Positions 36,734 through 47,182 of a DNA stretch of 58,290 bases are shown one piece after another. Where the stretch lies: positions 1 to 58,290 of IMG/VR virus record IMGVR_UViG_3300005611_000028. The stretch is one strand, 5' to 3'. The notes under the pieces were generated by a model, which made no database searches, was not told the DNA's origin, and saw only the letters and a program-made list of their open reading frames with translations. A program made the position numbers and the translations under genes. Source of the stretch: a virus. Lineage: Duplodnaviria; Caudoviricetes. How positions within the stretch are numbered: position 1 is the stretch's first letter; each line of letters opens with the position of its first letter.

Positions 36734-39700
36734 TTAACTGTTAAGTGTTGCGTTAATTTCTGTTTTATTTCTATCCATAACATTTATTAGAGTGGATGCA
36801 CCCTCTTGAGATTCCAGCCAAGCCATACCCTCTTCTTTGGTGCCAAATATTGCCACATTTACCTGAACTGCGCCACCTTGCGCACCCTTGTTTTGATTTG
36901 CGCTAAAATCCTGCTGAGGCGTTGCCACACGAACGCTTTCACCAGGCGTTGCCCTAAAGCTTACCATCTGGCTATCGGTTCCGCCGCTGCCACCAACTTT
37001 GAACTCACCGCCGTTTTGGAACTCACCGGCGTATTGCGTGCCCTGAATTGTTGATACTAGCCCAGCCGTAGCTGAAACCGTTGACGCAATGGCCGCCAAA
37101 TTTAGAGGCCATTTTTCGCTCGAAGCCTTGGCAATACCGTTAGCGATACTCATTGTGGCACTGGCAATATCAAAACCTTTTTGAATCTTAAAAAGCCGCT
37201 GATATGTTTTGCTCTGCTCCCCAGCATAGGTTTTTGCCAGTTTTGCAAGCGATCCAAACGTATCTCCACCGGCCTTTAGCTGCCCTTGTAACCTGCTGTA
37301 CTCAATATCTCGTATGCTATCCGCGTGATTTTTTGCCAGTTCCTCAAGCGTTGAGTATCCCTCCTCTGCGCTCAGTATTCTAGCGTCCATAGCGCTTTGA
37401 ACAATACCTTGCTGCTCTGTAAACTGCTCACTCAATGTAGCGATGGCGTTTTCTTCTGGAGATCTAAGGCTTGCCAAAATGTCTGGCAATTGCTCAAGAG
37501 CCTGCTTTTCTCTAACAAGCTGCTCGACATAGGCCGATTCGGCATGGGTAAGATCGCGCTTTATGTCAGCCTCTGCCTGCAATAACGAAAGCTGTACTTC
37601 GCGCTCATTTCGACTAAGTCCAAGCAGACTATTTTGATCCTCTAGGCTTTTGGTGTATTGCGCGAAAGCCGATAGCGTATCGGTGCCAATTGGCTCGATT
37701 TTTTTATCTTCTTCTTTTGCTGCTACATCTTTTGGTCGGTTTTTTGCTATCTCTTGAGACTCTTTGATTAGCTCCTCAAGCGCCGATCTTGCACCAGCAC
37801 CTTCAACTAGGCCATCGCTAATAGCGCCGCCTATTTCAGCACCTATTTCGCCCCACTGGGTTTTTAGCCTAGGAATATTTACTTGATCGACAAGATCATC
37901 AATTCCGATAAGATCAGAAACCTTATTGAATGCGCCAATAATGCTGTTTATGTTTGACTCTACAAGAGAAATAATTCCATTTAGAGCGCTTTTCCAGAAG
38001 TTGAAAATTATGCTCGGAAGATTGAAGAAAATCTCTTTAACTGCGCCAAAGTACGCCTTCCAAAGACCTACTGACATATCAATGAAGCTGGCAATTGATC
38101 GGAGAACACCAACTAGCGTCACATCGAAATCACCAAAAACGGTATCTATAAGATCACCAAGCGGCTTAAATGTATTTCCTATTGCATCGCCCAATGATTT
38201 AAAAATAGGCGCTATTCTATTGCCTATGGCGCTTAGCAGGTCGGCCAGCGTTGTAACCTCATCAACACCAAGGCTTATATCATCTGAAAATAATGCAACC
38301 GCAACAGCGCCGGCGGTTAGCGCTCCAACAAACGCGGCTATAGGGTTTGCAGCTATAACGCGTAAAAGCGGTGAAAGCTGAGACTTAAGTCCTGCTACTG
38401 CCTGAGCAAATAAAGATGTGCTTCCGGCGGCGCGAGCGGTTGCAGCTGCATATGCACCTTGATTCTTGGCCAGATCACCGATTGTTTTTGACCGAGCAAG
38501 TTCGGCGGCACCACTTGCACCTCGCGCAGCGGCAAGTCTAGCTTCGGCAGCGGCCAAGCTGTTTACAATCGCAAGCTCTGAACGGCGTATCTCAGCTAAT
38601 CGAGTAAGTGACTTTTGGCGACCAATTGAATTGATTTGCGCCTGCAGGCGAACGACCTCAAGTTGACGCTCGGCGGCTAGCTGTTGCTGTACTGCCCGCA
38701 CGCTATTTAATGATGATGCGGCCTCAGCTTCATTTGCCCTAGCCTTTTTGAGCGCAGCACCAGCGGCGGCAGCGGCGCTAACGGCGGATGCTTGCTGTGC
38801 CTTGGCCTTTTGGCGCTCAGCCTCGGCGCTACCCAACAAAACAACTGATCCACTGGCAATGGCGCGGCGGTATTCTATTTGGGCGGATATTGCTTGAGCT
38901 AATGCTGTGCCCTTAATTACTGCTTGATACGCTATATAAGCGGAAGCAGCGGCGGCGGTTAGTTGAATGACTGCAGCAAGTGACTCGGCTAGGTCGTCAA
39001 TAGATGATGATAGGTCGATTATTGAACCCGACAGGCCAGAGCTTAATCCGGTTATTTCGTCAATTCGACCAATAGTTCTGGTTACGCTATTTTCAAGAAC
39101 CTGAAATGCTTGGCCAAGTGTCGGTACTGCTTTAGCAAACCTGACCCCCAGCTCTTCGCGCGCATTTTTAAACGCATCAAGTACAATTTCGGCGCTTATC
39201 TTTCCTTCGCTGCCAAGCTTTCTAAGCTCCCCCCGAGTAACACCAATCTCTTTCGCTATAACGTCAGCAACGGCAGGCAACTGCTCTAAAACAGATCTCA
39301 GTTCATCGCCTTGCAGTGCGCCGGACGCCAAGCCTTGTGCCAACTGAATAATGCCGGCCTCGGCCTCGATTGCGCTGGCGCCAGACAAAATAACCGCTTG
39401 GTTTAATGATTCTGTAAATTGAAGCGTTTGCTCTTGGCTAACCCCCAATTCCCTAACCGCGTTTGCGGTTCTGGTGTATAGCTCTGCGGTGCTTTGAAAG
39501 CTAGACCGCGTGCGCTGTGAAATGCTAAAAAGCTGCTCAGTGACAGAATTTAGCTCAGCCGTTGAATCGGTAACCGTGCGTATTCGGTTTTGAATATTCG
39601 TGAATGCATCGGCATAGCGTCCAAGCTCGCGTATACCCAAGGCGCCAGCCGTGAATGCAAAAGCTCTCTGCAATATTCGGCGGGTTCGCTCGGCTTGATC

Positions 39701-39790
39701 CTCGGTTTTCTGTAGTCTTTTATCAACGGCGTCCATGCCGCGATTAGCCTTGGACGGGTCAACAATTACATTAATATTAAAATCAGTCAT
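36734..39790 (-). CDS. tail tape measure protein
   Basis: 1018 aa, Ala-rich helical; QLAQGLASGALQGDELRSVLEQ tape-measure signature; follows the chaperones. Confidence 0.95.
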   Translation of the reverse strand: MTDFNINVIVDPSKANRGMDAVDKRLQKTEDQAERTRRILQRAFAFTAGALGIRELGRYADAFTNIQNRIRTVTDSTAELNSVTEQLFSISQRTRSSFQSTAELYTRTANAVRELGVSQEQTLQFTESLNQAVILSGASAIEAEAGIIQLAQGLASGALQGDELRSVLEQLPAVADVIAKEIGVTRGELRKLGSEGKISAEIVLDAFKNAREELGVRFAKAVPTLGQAFQVLENSVTRTIGRIDEITGLSSGLSGSIIDLSSSIDDLAESLAAVIQLTAAAASAYIAYQAVIKGTALAQAISAQIEYRRAIASGSVVLLGSAEAERQKAKAQQASAVSAAAAAGAALKKARANEAEAASSLNSVRAVQQQLAAERQLEVVRLQAQINSIGRQKSLTRLAEIRRSELAIVNSLAAAEARLAAARGASGAAELARSKTIGDLAKNQGAYAAATARAAGSTSLFAQAVAGLKSQLSPLLRVIAANPIAAFVGALTAGAVAVALFSDDISLGVDEVTTLADLLSAIGNRIAPIFKSLGDAIGNTFKPLGDLIDTVFGDFDVTLVGVLRSIASFIDMSVGLWKAYFGAVKEIFFNLPSIIFNFWKSALNGIISLVESNINSIIGAFNKVSDLIGIDDLVDQVNIPRLKTQWGEIGAEIGGAISDGLVEGAGARSALEELIKESQEIAKNRPKDVAAKEEDKKIEPIGTDTLSAFAQYTKSLEDQNSLLGLSRNEREVQLSLLQAEADIKRDLTHAESAYVEQLVREKQALEQLPDILASLRSPEENAIATLSEQFTEQQGIVQSAMDARILSAEEGYSTLEELAKNHADSIRDIEYSRLQGQLKAGGDTFGSLAKLAKTYAGEQSKTYQRLFKIQKGFDIASATMSIANGIAKASSEKWPLNLAAIASTVSATAGLVSTIQGTQYAGEFQNGGEFKVGGSGGTDSQMVSFRATPGESVRVATPQQDFSANQNKGAQGGAVQVNVAIFGTKEEGMAWLESQEGASTLINVMDRNKTEINATLNS

Positions 39791-40120
39791 TGCCCGCCTT
39801 CGGTTTGTTTTTTCGCTGCCAATCCAGATATTCGGCGTCCATTTGCCTTATAACCTGAATAAAATGCAACTTTAATGCTTTATCAAATTCCTGCACATCA
39901 GCGTATTGGTTTATTGCTGTCCACGGTATTGGCCCAATAACATCACCCATAATCCGCGTTGTGCTTAAGTCCCAAAATGCCATTAAGTAGATTTCATCCC
40001 CCTCTACCTGATCGGGGGATTCAAGATACCAATCCGGCAGCGGTCGGCCTTTTTTTAGCGCAGATTCTATTGAGAATCCGTCTCGCAAGAATCTTAGCTC
40101 AAAGCCTAACCGCGCTGCTA
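39783..40120 (-). CDS. tail assembly chaperone GT, -1 frame part
   Basis: Frame reached by -1 slip at A AAA AAC; AFWDLST.R....GPIPW.AI..YA...MD..YL. Confidence 0.85.
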
Positions 40121-40534
40121 GTTTTTTGCGGCCTCCTCCGTGTCGATTTCTTCATCAACCCAGTTTGTGATATCAAGGCAGAATTGGCGAAGGTCGGAAA
40201 ACACAAACTTTGGCACCGCTGACAAGTAGGCCTTGCAGTTGTCAACATTAAACTCAACGGATTTACCTTTGCTATCAACAACGCCATCCCATCCGGTGAT
40301 AACAGTTTTAGCGTAAAGCTCAAAATCTAGCTCTTTGTCGTCGGATTTTGAGGCCTTCCGAAGCGCTCGCTTGTTTTCAGAAATGCGCATAACTTCGCGG
40401 CGAAATTCTTTGTTGTACTCAACCATAGCGGGCTTAACTTTCAATACCGGCTTACCATCCAAATCGTGAATAACAAAATCTATTGATTCGTCAGTTTTGG
40501 CTTCTTGCTTTTTTAGGTGTGAAAAATCAACCAT
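40118..40534 (-). CDS. tail assembly chaperone G
   Basis: Between tail tube and TMP; YAKTVITGWDGV...EF..DN; ends AKN. Confidence 0.88.
   Translation of the reverse strand: MVDFSHLKKQEAKTDESIDFVIHDLDGKPVLKVKPAMVEYNKEFRREVMRISENKRALRKASKSDDKELDFELYAKTVITGWDGVVDSKGKSVEFNVDNCKAYLSAVPKFVFSDLRQFCLDITNWVDEEIDTEEAAKN
40121..40127 (-). other. -1 programmed ribosomal frameshift site A AAA AAC
   Basis: GCA AAA AAC TAG at the end of chaperone G; the -1 frame is open into the next ORF. Confidence 0.85.
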
Positions 40535-40545
40535 CTAAATTCCCC

Positions 40546-42054
40546 TTAAATTTTCGGTGTATATGGAAAAATCGTGATACCAATCGACGTGCCAAGCGTT
40601 GGATCTTCGAACGCCTCGCTCGTGCTGCTGATTGTAACAGATTCACCGACAGGGAATGATTTAGAGCCACCGCCTAATGTAATAGCTGGAATGTCATAGT
40701 AAATGGCGCCGTCATCGTTGCGCATGGCGAAGTCCATAGTTAGGCTGGTGTTGTTTCGCACGGCATCACTAATTCGCGAATCCGTGAACAAAAGCTCGGC
40801 TTCAACGGTAACCTCGAAGTTGCCATAGTTCATGTATCGAGCACCAAGGTTTGCCAGTACTTTTTCAGGGCTCACATTGTTGTTTAGCGTAATCGTTAAG
40901 CTCTTGAAGTCCGTGGTTAAGCCAGTTTCGTCGAGCTCAGTAATGCGCAATCTCGGCAAGTCTTGAGTTGTGTTGATTGCGCCCGTACGGTTTGGCGTTA
41001 CTGGAGTTGCCGCGTTTGCTTTTCGCGTAGCAGTTGGTGGATCGGTATCCAGACCAACGAATGCAGCACTCATTGTTGACTTGTCGGTAATTGGTACGTT
41101 AATTCCAATGGTGTTGCAATAGTTTCCGCGAGAATATTCATACTCATCGCCAGAAGGGTTATTTGCAAGGTTTTGATACGTGATCTCAAACTGAAACGAA
41201 CGCTCTAAAAATGATGCATCCTGAACCGGTACGTTGCGGATAAATTCGCCCACCAATATATCAACTTCTTGCGATCCGGCGGCCTCTGTTACAAATGCGG
41301 CATTAGTTTTGTCGATAGTGATTGAGCTACCATCACCAGCAACAGTTTTAACGCGGGCATAGCCAAGGTTTGCAGCGGTTGAAAATCGGTTAATTGCTAA
41401 ATCGCCGCCAATAAAAATGGCACACCCTGGTATAAGATTTAGGCCTGCACTATTAAAAATGCCAGCCGCGCTATTAACTGTGATTACACCGCCAGTAACA
41501 TCAACATCGAGATCGCCGGCAGCGGTTCTAAATCCAGCAACAGAAACCTCGGAGTTTGCCGCGGCGCTTTCATCACTAAGTGTCGATGTTACGGGTATGC
41601 TGGTGGTGCTTGATCCGGCATCAACAACATGCAATCCATTGTTTGAGATTGTTGGAAATGCTCTAGCATAAACCAGTGTGCCAGCGGCTAAAGCGCTGCC
41701 AGCGGAAACCGTGAAAGCATCGCTCGAAATCGCGCTAGGCGCATATTGCTCGGCGCCCGTAGCGGTAGCCATAACAAAGCCTTCAACAAAGTCTTTCATG
41801 TGACTAATAGTGGTATCGACCTCAAAGTCTGCAGAGCTATCCAGATCAGTTAGCGTGCCCTTCCTTCGCTGCCGGTTCTGAGAAATAGGGCTACGAGCAA
41901 CAGTGGTAATATCGGCGCCGATAGCGCCATAGCTGTTAGGCTCTAGTGCATGCCACACTGGCGAAGATTGAAGCTCGCCGATATTTGCTGGGTCGTTTTC
42001 AGTATCTTCAATCGAATACGATAGTGCGGTGTTGTTCGTTAAGACGCGGCCCAT
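40546..42054 (-). CDS. major tail tube protein
   Basis: LEPNS.....I.TVAR.PI...RQR.KG..TDLD...LNNN.SPEK; position in the module. Confidence 0.88.
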   Translation of the reverse strand: MGRVLTNNTALSYSIEDTENDPANIGELQSSPVWHALEPNSYGAIGADITTVARSPISQNRQRRKGTLTDLDSSADFEVDTTISHMKDFVEGFVMATATGAEQYAPSAISSDAFTVSAGSALAAGTLVYARAFPTISNNGLHVVDAGSSTTSIPVTSTLSDESAAANSEVSVAGFRTAAGDLDVDVTGGVITVNSAAGIFNSAGLNLIPGCAIFIGGDLAINRFSTAANLGYARVKTVAGDGSSITIDKTNAAFVTEAAGSQEVDILVGEFIRNVPVQDASFLERSFQFEITYQNLANNPSGDEYEYSRGNYCNTIGINVPITDKSTMSAAFVGLDTDPPTATRKANAATPVTPNRTGAINTTQDLPRLRITELDETGLTTDFKSLTITLNNNVSPEKVLANLGARYMNYGNFEVTVEAELLFTDSRISDAVRNNTSLTMDFAMRNDDGAIYYDIPAITLGGGSKSFPVGESVTISSTSEAFEDPTLGTSIGITIFPYTPKI

Positions 42055-42061
42055 AATGCCC

Positions 42062-42466
42062 TCACTTAATTATTTCAAAATTAAACTCGCACTCGACGAG
42101 CTGCATATACCATTTTCCAGAAGCGCCAACTTCGCGGGCCTCTGCGTTGCGGATATAAATACCGCTAAATTCTTCGCCCTCGAACAAATCGACAAGCTCT
42201 TTCACTAACGCATCGCTTCCTGATGCGCCATTTCCCGCATCATCAAAAACTTGAATAAAAATATTGCCGTTTCGGTCAAATTTACGGTTTGTTTTTTTTC
42301 CGAGCGATACTTGTGGAGCAGTAGTGTGGCGCACTGCAACCCTAACCCATTCACCGCTTGCCGGCTCATCACCATCATCACCGTCAAGAAATATACGATC
42401 GCTTGCTAAGCTAAAATTGTCTAGCACATGATTGTATATTGCCTGTCTCGCTTCGTTTCTAGTCAT
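42062..42466 (-). CDS. tail terminator (DUF4128-like)
   Basis: WVR..V.H....Q.SLG....R.G.I.IQVF...G.G. Confidence 0.8.
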   Translation of the reverse strand: MTRNEARQAIYNHVLDNFSLASDRIFLDGDDGDEPASGEWVRVAVRHTTAPQVSLGKKTNRKFDRNGNIFIQVFDDAGNGASGSDALVKELVDLFEGEEFSGIYIRNAEAREVGASGKWYMQLVECEFNFEIIK

Positions 42467-42897
42467 CGCAAAATGTCCGTAGCGCCTCTGGATGTTATGC
42501 CTTTGACATTTTCAATGCCTCGAGCTATTGATAGCTGAACAAAGCCTGCTGGCGCCTGCTTACTGGACCCGTCGTTTAGTTCGCCGATATAGGGGACGTT
42601 ATTGGTTATGTATACCGGCCCACGCTCAATGCTGTATGACGTTAATATTTTAGCAACTCCTTGCTGCTGGCTGCTTTGATCAATAACGCCTTGCTCGGCT
42701 GCCTCTCTAGTTCCAGATGTTCCGGCATAAGCGTGGCCTATTTCCGGTATCCAGTTGTTTCTAGCCCACCCCGTATCACGCGGTGTGGTCTTAACCAGCT
42801 GGCCATTAACACTAAGCGTAATTTCTTGAACTAAGCGCGTGGTGAATTTTTTCAAATCCCCCATAACCGCGCGAATTTCAAAACTACGACTGGCCAT
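42463..42897 (-). CDS. HK97 gp10-like tail completion protein
   Basis: TPRDTGWARNNW...YITNNVPYI..LNDGSSKQAPAGFV. Confidence 0.88.
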   Translation of the reverse strand: MASRSFEIRAVMGDLKKFTTRLVQEITLSVNGQLVKTTPRDTGWARNNWIPEIGHAYAGTSGTREAAEQGVIDQSSQQQGVAKILTSYSIERGPVYITNNVPYIGELNDGSSKQAPAGFVQLSIARGIENVKGITSRGATDILR

Positions 42898-43378
42898 TAT
42901 CCGCTTCGCTCAAAGCGTTGATCTCGTCTTCAAGCCGATCATCTGACCACCGGCCGTCAACTTTTAAGCCCTCCATTTCTGCGATTTCCAAAAGCTCATC
43001 GCGGCGGGTTTTCTCGGTATCGGTATCGGTTAAAAGTGTTTGCTGCGAATTGGAATCGCCAAGCTCTTTTTGCTTTAGTTCGGCCCCTTCACGCTCGGCA
43101 GCTTCTATTTCTGCTAATACCGCCTTTTCTTCTTCGGTTAGCTCGACTTGCTTTGCTTTTTCGGCTTTCCACAAACAAAATTTAGCGAAATTAGAACCGG
43201 CGGGCTCAATTATTCGGCGTCGAAACAAGTAGCGAATAAAATTAAGCTTAATCGGAAAATTTCCGCTTTCGTCTTTTTTTATGGTTTCGCCTACTTCTCG
43301 CATCTTGCCGTCAAGCTTGTACGGACGAACAAAAACAAGCTCATTCGCACGGTACAAAAGGCCTCGATTGATATTCAT
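42884..43378 (-). CDS. hypothetical protein with C-terminal Rho-N/HeH-like motif
   Basis: RDELLEIAEMEGLKVDGRWSDDRLEDEI; directly after the capsid gene. Confidence 0.65.
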   Translation of the reverse strand: MNINRGLLYRANELVFVRPYKLDGKMREVGETIKKDESGNFPIKLNFIRYLFRRRIIEPAGSNFAKFCLWKAEKAKQVELTEEEKAVLAEIEAAEREGAELKQKELGDSNSQQTLLTDTDTEKTRRDELLEIAEMEGLKVDGRWSDDRLEDEINALSEADNGQS

Positions 43379-43390
43379 CAGCTACCCCGT

Positions 43391-43412
43391 AATAAAGGCG
43401 GGTTTCCCCGCC
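43391..43412 (-). terminator. intrinsic terminator after the major capsid gene
   Basis: Minus strand GGCGGG-GAAA-CCCGCC-TTTATT. Confidence 0.75.
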
Positions 43413-43417
43413 GTCAA

Positions 43418-44398
43418 TTATGATGCCGCGATTGCGTCGGTGAAGTAATAGCCAAGATCAGCAGCAGTTACTTTGTAATCAAAAGCCATTTGGCCCTCAA
43501 TACGATCCGACTCTAAATGCTCCATTCGGAATCGCTTAGTTCGCATACCCTCTGGTGTATTTCCTAGCAGGCCAGTCCATGAGAACTGCTGCCCAGCGGT
43601 AGGCGTATCCAGAGAAGGTGCATTAGGCGCGTAATAAAGCAGCATGTCACCGGCCGCCATGTAGGCCATGGTGGCGTCGTTCATGTCGCCGGCGACCTCT
43701 GCTTTGGAGTTATAAACCGCATCCATTACAAGCAGTTGATCAAGCTCTAGTAGCTCGGCCAACTTTTGACGCATTACAAGCGCGGGAACACTGGTGGTTG
43801 CGCCACCGTCGATGCGAGACAAAACATCAGGGTGATTTTTCAAGCGGTTGAACAAGTCACGAGCAATAATTGCTTTGTTCGGCATCATGCCGGTAAGCAA
43901 TTTTACAGACGATTTTGCTGCATCGATTTCATCAATCGGCTCTGAGTTATCAGCGCCCCACGTTGCAGACGTGTTGTTTGTGGTCCACGCGCTGCCAGTC
44001 ATAAATGTGTCAGCAAACTTACGCTCACGACGAATCATTAACTGCTGAGCAACAAACTGCGATGCGGATCGCTCAAGCTGGATTTGAGAATCAGCATTAG
44101 TGCGCTGGCGATCCGTAATATCCTTGTGAATCGCGTAGGTTCGGCACATGTATGGATTGGTTGCAGTACGGAAAGAACCGCCCGCAGACTCGGTACCATC
44201 GGCACGCTCGCGAGCTTGATCGCGGAAAAAATCGGCTTTACTGAACTCGTAATAAAGGTCGCTTTCTTTGGCAACAGGGTTATTGGGAAAAGCGCGCAAT
44301 GACACATAGTCGTTGGTGTCCTGCATCCACTTTTGCGAAAAGTTCGTTAACGGCTGCTTAACGTGAATATCGCCTGCCGCTGGGTTTGTTACTGGCAT
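43418..44398 (-). CDS. major capsid protein
   Basis: 326 aa after scaffold and decoration genes; LTNFS...FP..PV....YYEF...RA.GTES...PN..I.....F..LK.HP; strong RBS and terminator. Confidence 0.9.
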   Translation of the reverse strand: MPVTNPAAGDIHVKQPLTNFSQKWMQDTNDYVSLRAFPNNPVAKESDLYYEFSKADFFRDQARERADGTESAGGSFRTATNPYMCRTYAIHKDITDRQRTNADSQIQLERSASQFVAQQLMIRRERKFADTFMTGSAWTTNNTSATWGADNSEPIDEIDAAKSSVKLLTGMMPNKAIIARDLFNRLKNHPDVLSRIDGGATTSVPALVMRQKLAELLELDQLLVMDAVYNSKAEVAGDMNDATMAYMAAGDMLLYYAPNAPSLDTPTAGQQFSWTGLLGNTPEGMRTKRFRMEHLESDRIEGQMAFDYKVTAADLGYYFTDAIAAS

Positions 44399-44410
44399 GA
44401 TAACCTCCTA

Positions 44411-44797
44411 TTATGCTGCTACGTTAGCGGCTTTGGTTGCAAGGAATTCGATAACTTGGCCAGCTGCGCCAGCGCTAGTTACCGCGTAACCAACAATCGC
44501 GTTAGTTGATGTTGCTGCTACCGCCTGACCAGATGCGTTTGACATAATAGCCACAACACCGGCTGATACATCAATTGCAGCGCCAGCAACAACTTCTTGC
44601 CGTGATCCATCCATGCATGTAACAGGGATTGATTTTTGGTCGCTTGCTGGGCTAGCCTCAAGCGTAACACCCAAAACATCGACACCAGCGCCAGCGGTTG
44701 TAACCTCAGCACCAGCCGCTAAAACAACAAAAACACGCTGCGCAATGGCGCCGGCAATCGGGGTCATCGAAATTGAACGTACAGATTCTATAGCCAT
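44411..44797 (-). CDS. capsid decoration/cement protein (DUF2190-like)
   Basis: Ala/Gly/Val-rich; V.AGAAI...S.A.G.AV...G.A...A..AG.VIE. Confidence 0.8.
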   Translation of the reverse strand: MAIESVRSISMTPIAGAIAQRVFVVLAAGAEVTTAGAGVDVLGVTLEASPASDQKSIPVTCMDGSRQEVVAGAAIDVSAGVVAIMSNASGQAVAATSTNAIVGYAVTSAGAAGQVIEFLATKAANVAA

Positions 44798-44808
44798 GAT
44801 TCAGCTCC

Positions 44809-45729
44809 TTACGCCTGCTCATATAAATCGGGGTTTTGCTCGCAAACGGCAACGTATGCGGCTTCATATTCCACATCGTGCTCTTTAGCGTGCGCCTTAG
44901 CCATTTTGATAAGCTTTTCACCAGCGTCAGCGCCGGAATCATCGCTACCGGCAGCAGTGCCCTGCATGGTTCCAGCCTTGGTCATTAACTCGTTGTGAGC
45001 CTTAACCATGGCAGAGGCAAAGCCTTTAACTTCTTCGCTGGCGCCGTCAATATGCTTATAAAAAGCAACTTTGGCTGATTGCTCACCAGCAATGCTGGGC
45101 ATTTCATCGCTAGCGCGCTTCTCAAAGCGCACATGCTCTGCGGCTTCGCGCTCTGACTTAGCCATTCTGATAGCTTCGTCATACTTCTTAGCCATTGATA
45201 CCATCTTGTCGTTATCAGATTTTCGGAATACTTCGCCATCATCTGATGTGTAAACAACCGGATCAGCCGCTTTGATCATCTCGACTTCTTGAGTTCGGTC
45301 GCCCGCTGATTTGCTCAAAAATGTTTCTTGCTTGTCGGTATCAAGCGATTTGTAAAACTCTTTCTCAGTATCACTAAGCTCAGCCAAAGCCTGTGCTTTT
45401 TTCAACTGAGCGCTTACGGAATCTAGCGACTTTTTCATGTCGTCAAATTCTTTTTGCTTTTTCGCCGCGTCTTTGTCGGCTGGGTTATCTGTAGGCATAG
45501 TATCCTCGTCAGATTGTTTTCCGCCGCTGGCGGCTTTGCTTAATAGTGACTGGATAGAATCAATCACCGCTTGATCACCGTTTCCGGTGTTTTCCTCTAA
45601 CGCTTTTTGAATTGCGATAGAAAGTGGGTCTGCGCGCTTCATAATTGTGACCAGTGCGCCAGATTGCGCTGGCCGGTCAACTGCGCTTAGCTCGTCAATT
45701 CGCGCTTTGTGGATTTTTAGCTTAGGCAT
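44809..45729 (-). CDS. capsid scaffold-like protein
   Basis: N-terminal IDELSAVDRPAQ.GA...MKR; acidic coiled coil; C-terminal EAAY..V...NPDLY. Confidence 0.8.
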   Translation of the reverse strand: MPKLKIHKARIDELSAVDRPAQSGALVTIMKRADPLSIAIQKALEENTGNGDQAVIDSIQSLLSKAASGGKQSDEDTMPTDNPADKDAAKKQKEFDDMKKSLDSVSAQLKKAQALAELSDTEKEFYKSLDTDKQETFLSKSAGDRTQEVEMIKAADPVVYTSDDGEVFRKSDNDKMVSMAKKYDEAIRMAKSEREAAEHVRFEKRASDEMPSIAGEQSAKVAFYKHIDGASEEVKGFASAMVKAHNELMTKAGTMQGTAAGSDDSGADAGEKLIKMAKAHAKEHDVEYEAAYVAVCEQNPDLYEQA

Positions 45730-46144
45730 TTACAATCTCCACGCTTGCGGGGTCAAATGCACCGCCAACACTAAAGCCGGTATATTCTCCACTCGCGAAC
45801 TTCTTCAAAATAGCGTCATCTTCTGGAGCCATAGCAACAAGCCAGCCGGTGCGGTCGGTAGTTATTCCGAACGCTTTTGCAATTTCAGTGGTTAGCGGGA
45901 ATGAGTGAACAACGGCGCCTTTGATGATTCCGTTGTCGCCTTCGATGTGCATATCTCGGATTACTCGGTCAGACTTTGCGAAGTCGGTGACCATGCCCAA
46001 TAAGCAATCCTCTGTGAAGTGATGGCCCTGCGTGTCGTAGTACTCTTCGCCTTTTTCAAAGCAGATGGCACCCCAGCCAAAAACAAGCCCTAACGACTCA
46101 TCGACCTTTGAAAACGTTATTTCTGATTTGAAGCTTTGCGTCAC
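45722..46144 (-). CDS. XkdF-like prohead serine protease
   Basis: LVFGW......Y.D.QG...MH...VVHSFPLT...GW......F.SG.YTGFSVGG. Confidence 0.85.
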   Translation of the reverse strand: MTQSFKSEITFSKVDESLGLVFGWGAICFEKGEEYYDTQGHHFTEDCLLGMVTDFAKSDRVIRDMHIEGDNGIIKGAVVHSFPLTTEIAKAFGITTDRTGWLVAMAPEDDAILKKFASGEYTGFSVGGAFDPASVEIVNA

Positions 46145-46183
46145 GATATTATTCCAACACTAACTTTTGAAAGATGCTAGCAC

Positions 46184-46202
46184 GTTATAACCAATTATAA
46201 CA
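46184..46202 (-). promoter_or_regulatory. extended -10 promoter (TGTTATAAT) overlapping a 7-bp inverted repeat, upstream of the head genes
   Basis: gttataa-ccaa-ttataac. Confidence 0.5.
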
Positions 46203-46228
46203 AATGAAAGTGTGTAAAAAAACAAACA

Positions 46229-47182
46229 CTAGCGTTTGAATCTTGTTACAACGGCACAGCGGCATTGAATTGAGTCGGAAGCTGGCGCGGATGGGTCGCC
46301 AGGAAACATAAGTAAATTTCCATTGCCGCTCAAGAATGGCTCATTGACTGCACGAATCTGTTCATTCATGGCTGAATGAGAGTGCCTTACGCGAGCATCG
46401 CCGGAATCATCCCACTCTCTCTCCAGCTCGTTTTGATCAATAACTCCAGAGTTAATGGCCTGCTCATACATTTCTCGCACCCCCTGGTGCACTGCCCTAA
46501 GCGATTCGGTGCGTGCTATAACCTCCGACCTGTGTTTAATATAACGCTCACGATAGCGGTCAACCATTAGGTTTATTTGCGTATTGCTTAGCGGCTCGCC
46601 GGTTGATAGCGCGCGGTTAACTGATGGATCAAAACGCCTATCGCGCAACTCACGATTAAGCGCCTCGCGGCTATTTCGCTCAAGCGCTGCGCGGTAATTT
46701 TCAACGGCCTGCTCTTGCTTTGCGGTTAATCCAATGGAGTCGCGAAATACACGCGCTTGGTCGCGCGGGTTTAACCCTTGCTCAATACCCCTAATAAGCG
46801 CCTGCCGCGTGGCGTCTCGCTGCCCCGAGGTAAACTCATTAATCAACATCAAGCGGTTATTGCGCATTTGCTCTGTTGCGCGAGGGTTTGTGTTGTCGTA
46901 TAGAATTGGCGTATTTGTGACATTTCCGATCAATCGAGCCGTGTCATTTGCCGCTGCCGCGAACGTGAGCGATACAGCCGCCGCCGTTGCCGCTGGTATT
47001 GTCTCAATAAACAAAAGCGCATCGTCTATGCGGCCCTGAAATATAAGGTTTTCAATTTCGAGCAGCTTTTGCTGGCTTTTTACCCGGGAAACGGCATTAC
47101 GAAAAGCCACAGCAATAGTCGGCCATCCCGCATCAATAAGGGCAAGTATGCGCTTTGCGTTGTCTAAATCTCTAGTCGCCAC
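46229..47182 (-). CDS. minor head morphogenesis protein (SPP1 gp7/Mu gpF-like)
   Basis: R.EVIARTES...W....D.RVR.SH...PF......LMFPGDP.......IQCRC. Confidence 0.9.
   Translation of the reverse strand: MATRDLDNAKRILALIDAGWPTIAVAFRNAVSRVKSQQKLLEIENLIFQGRIDDALLFIETIPAATAAAVSLTFAAAANDTARLIGNVTNTPILYDNTNPRATEQMRNNRLMLINEFTSGQRDATRQALIRGIEQGLNPRDQARVFRDSIGLTAKQEQAVENYRAALERNSREALNRELRDRRFDPSVNRALSTGEPLSNTQINLMVDRYRERYIKHRSEVIARTESLRAVHQGVREMYEQAINSGVIDQNELEREWDDSGDARVRHSHSAMNEQIRAVNEPFLSGNGNLLMFPGDPSAPASDSIQCRCAVVTRFKR

Noticed and set aside
40099-40323. ORF 40099..40323 as the frameshift product
   Set aside because: It is the other alternative frame and stops at 40099; the -1 frame joins ORF 39783..40088
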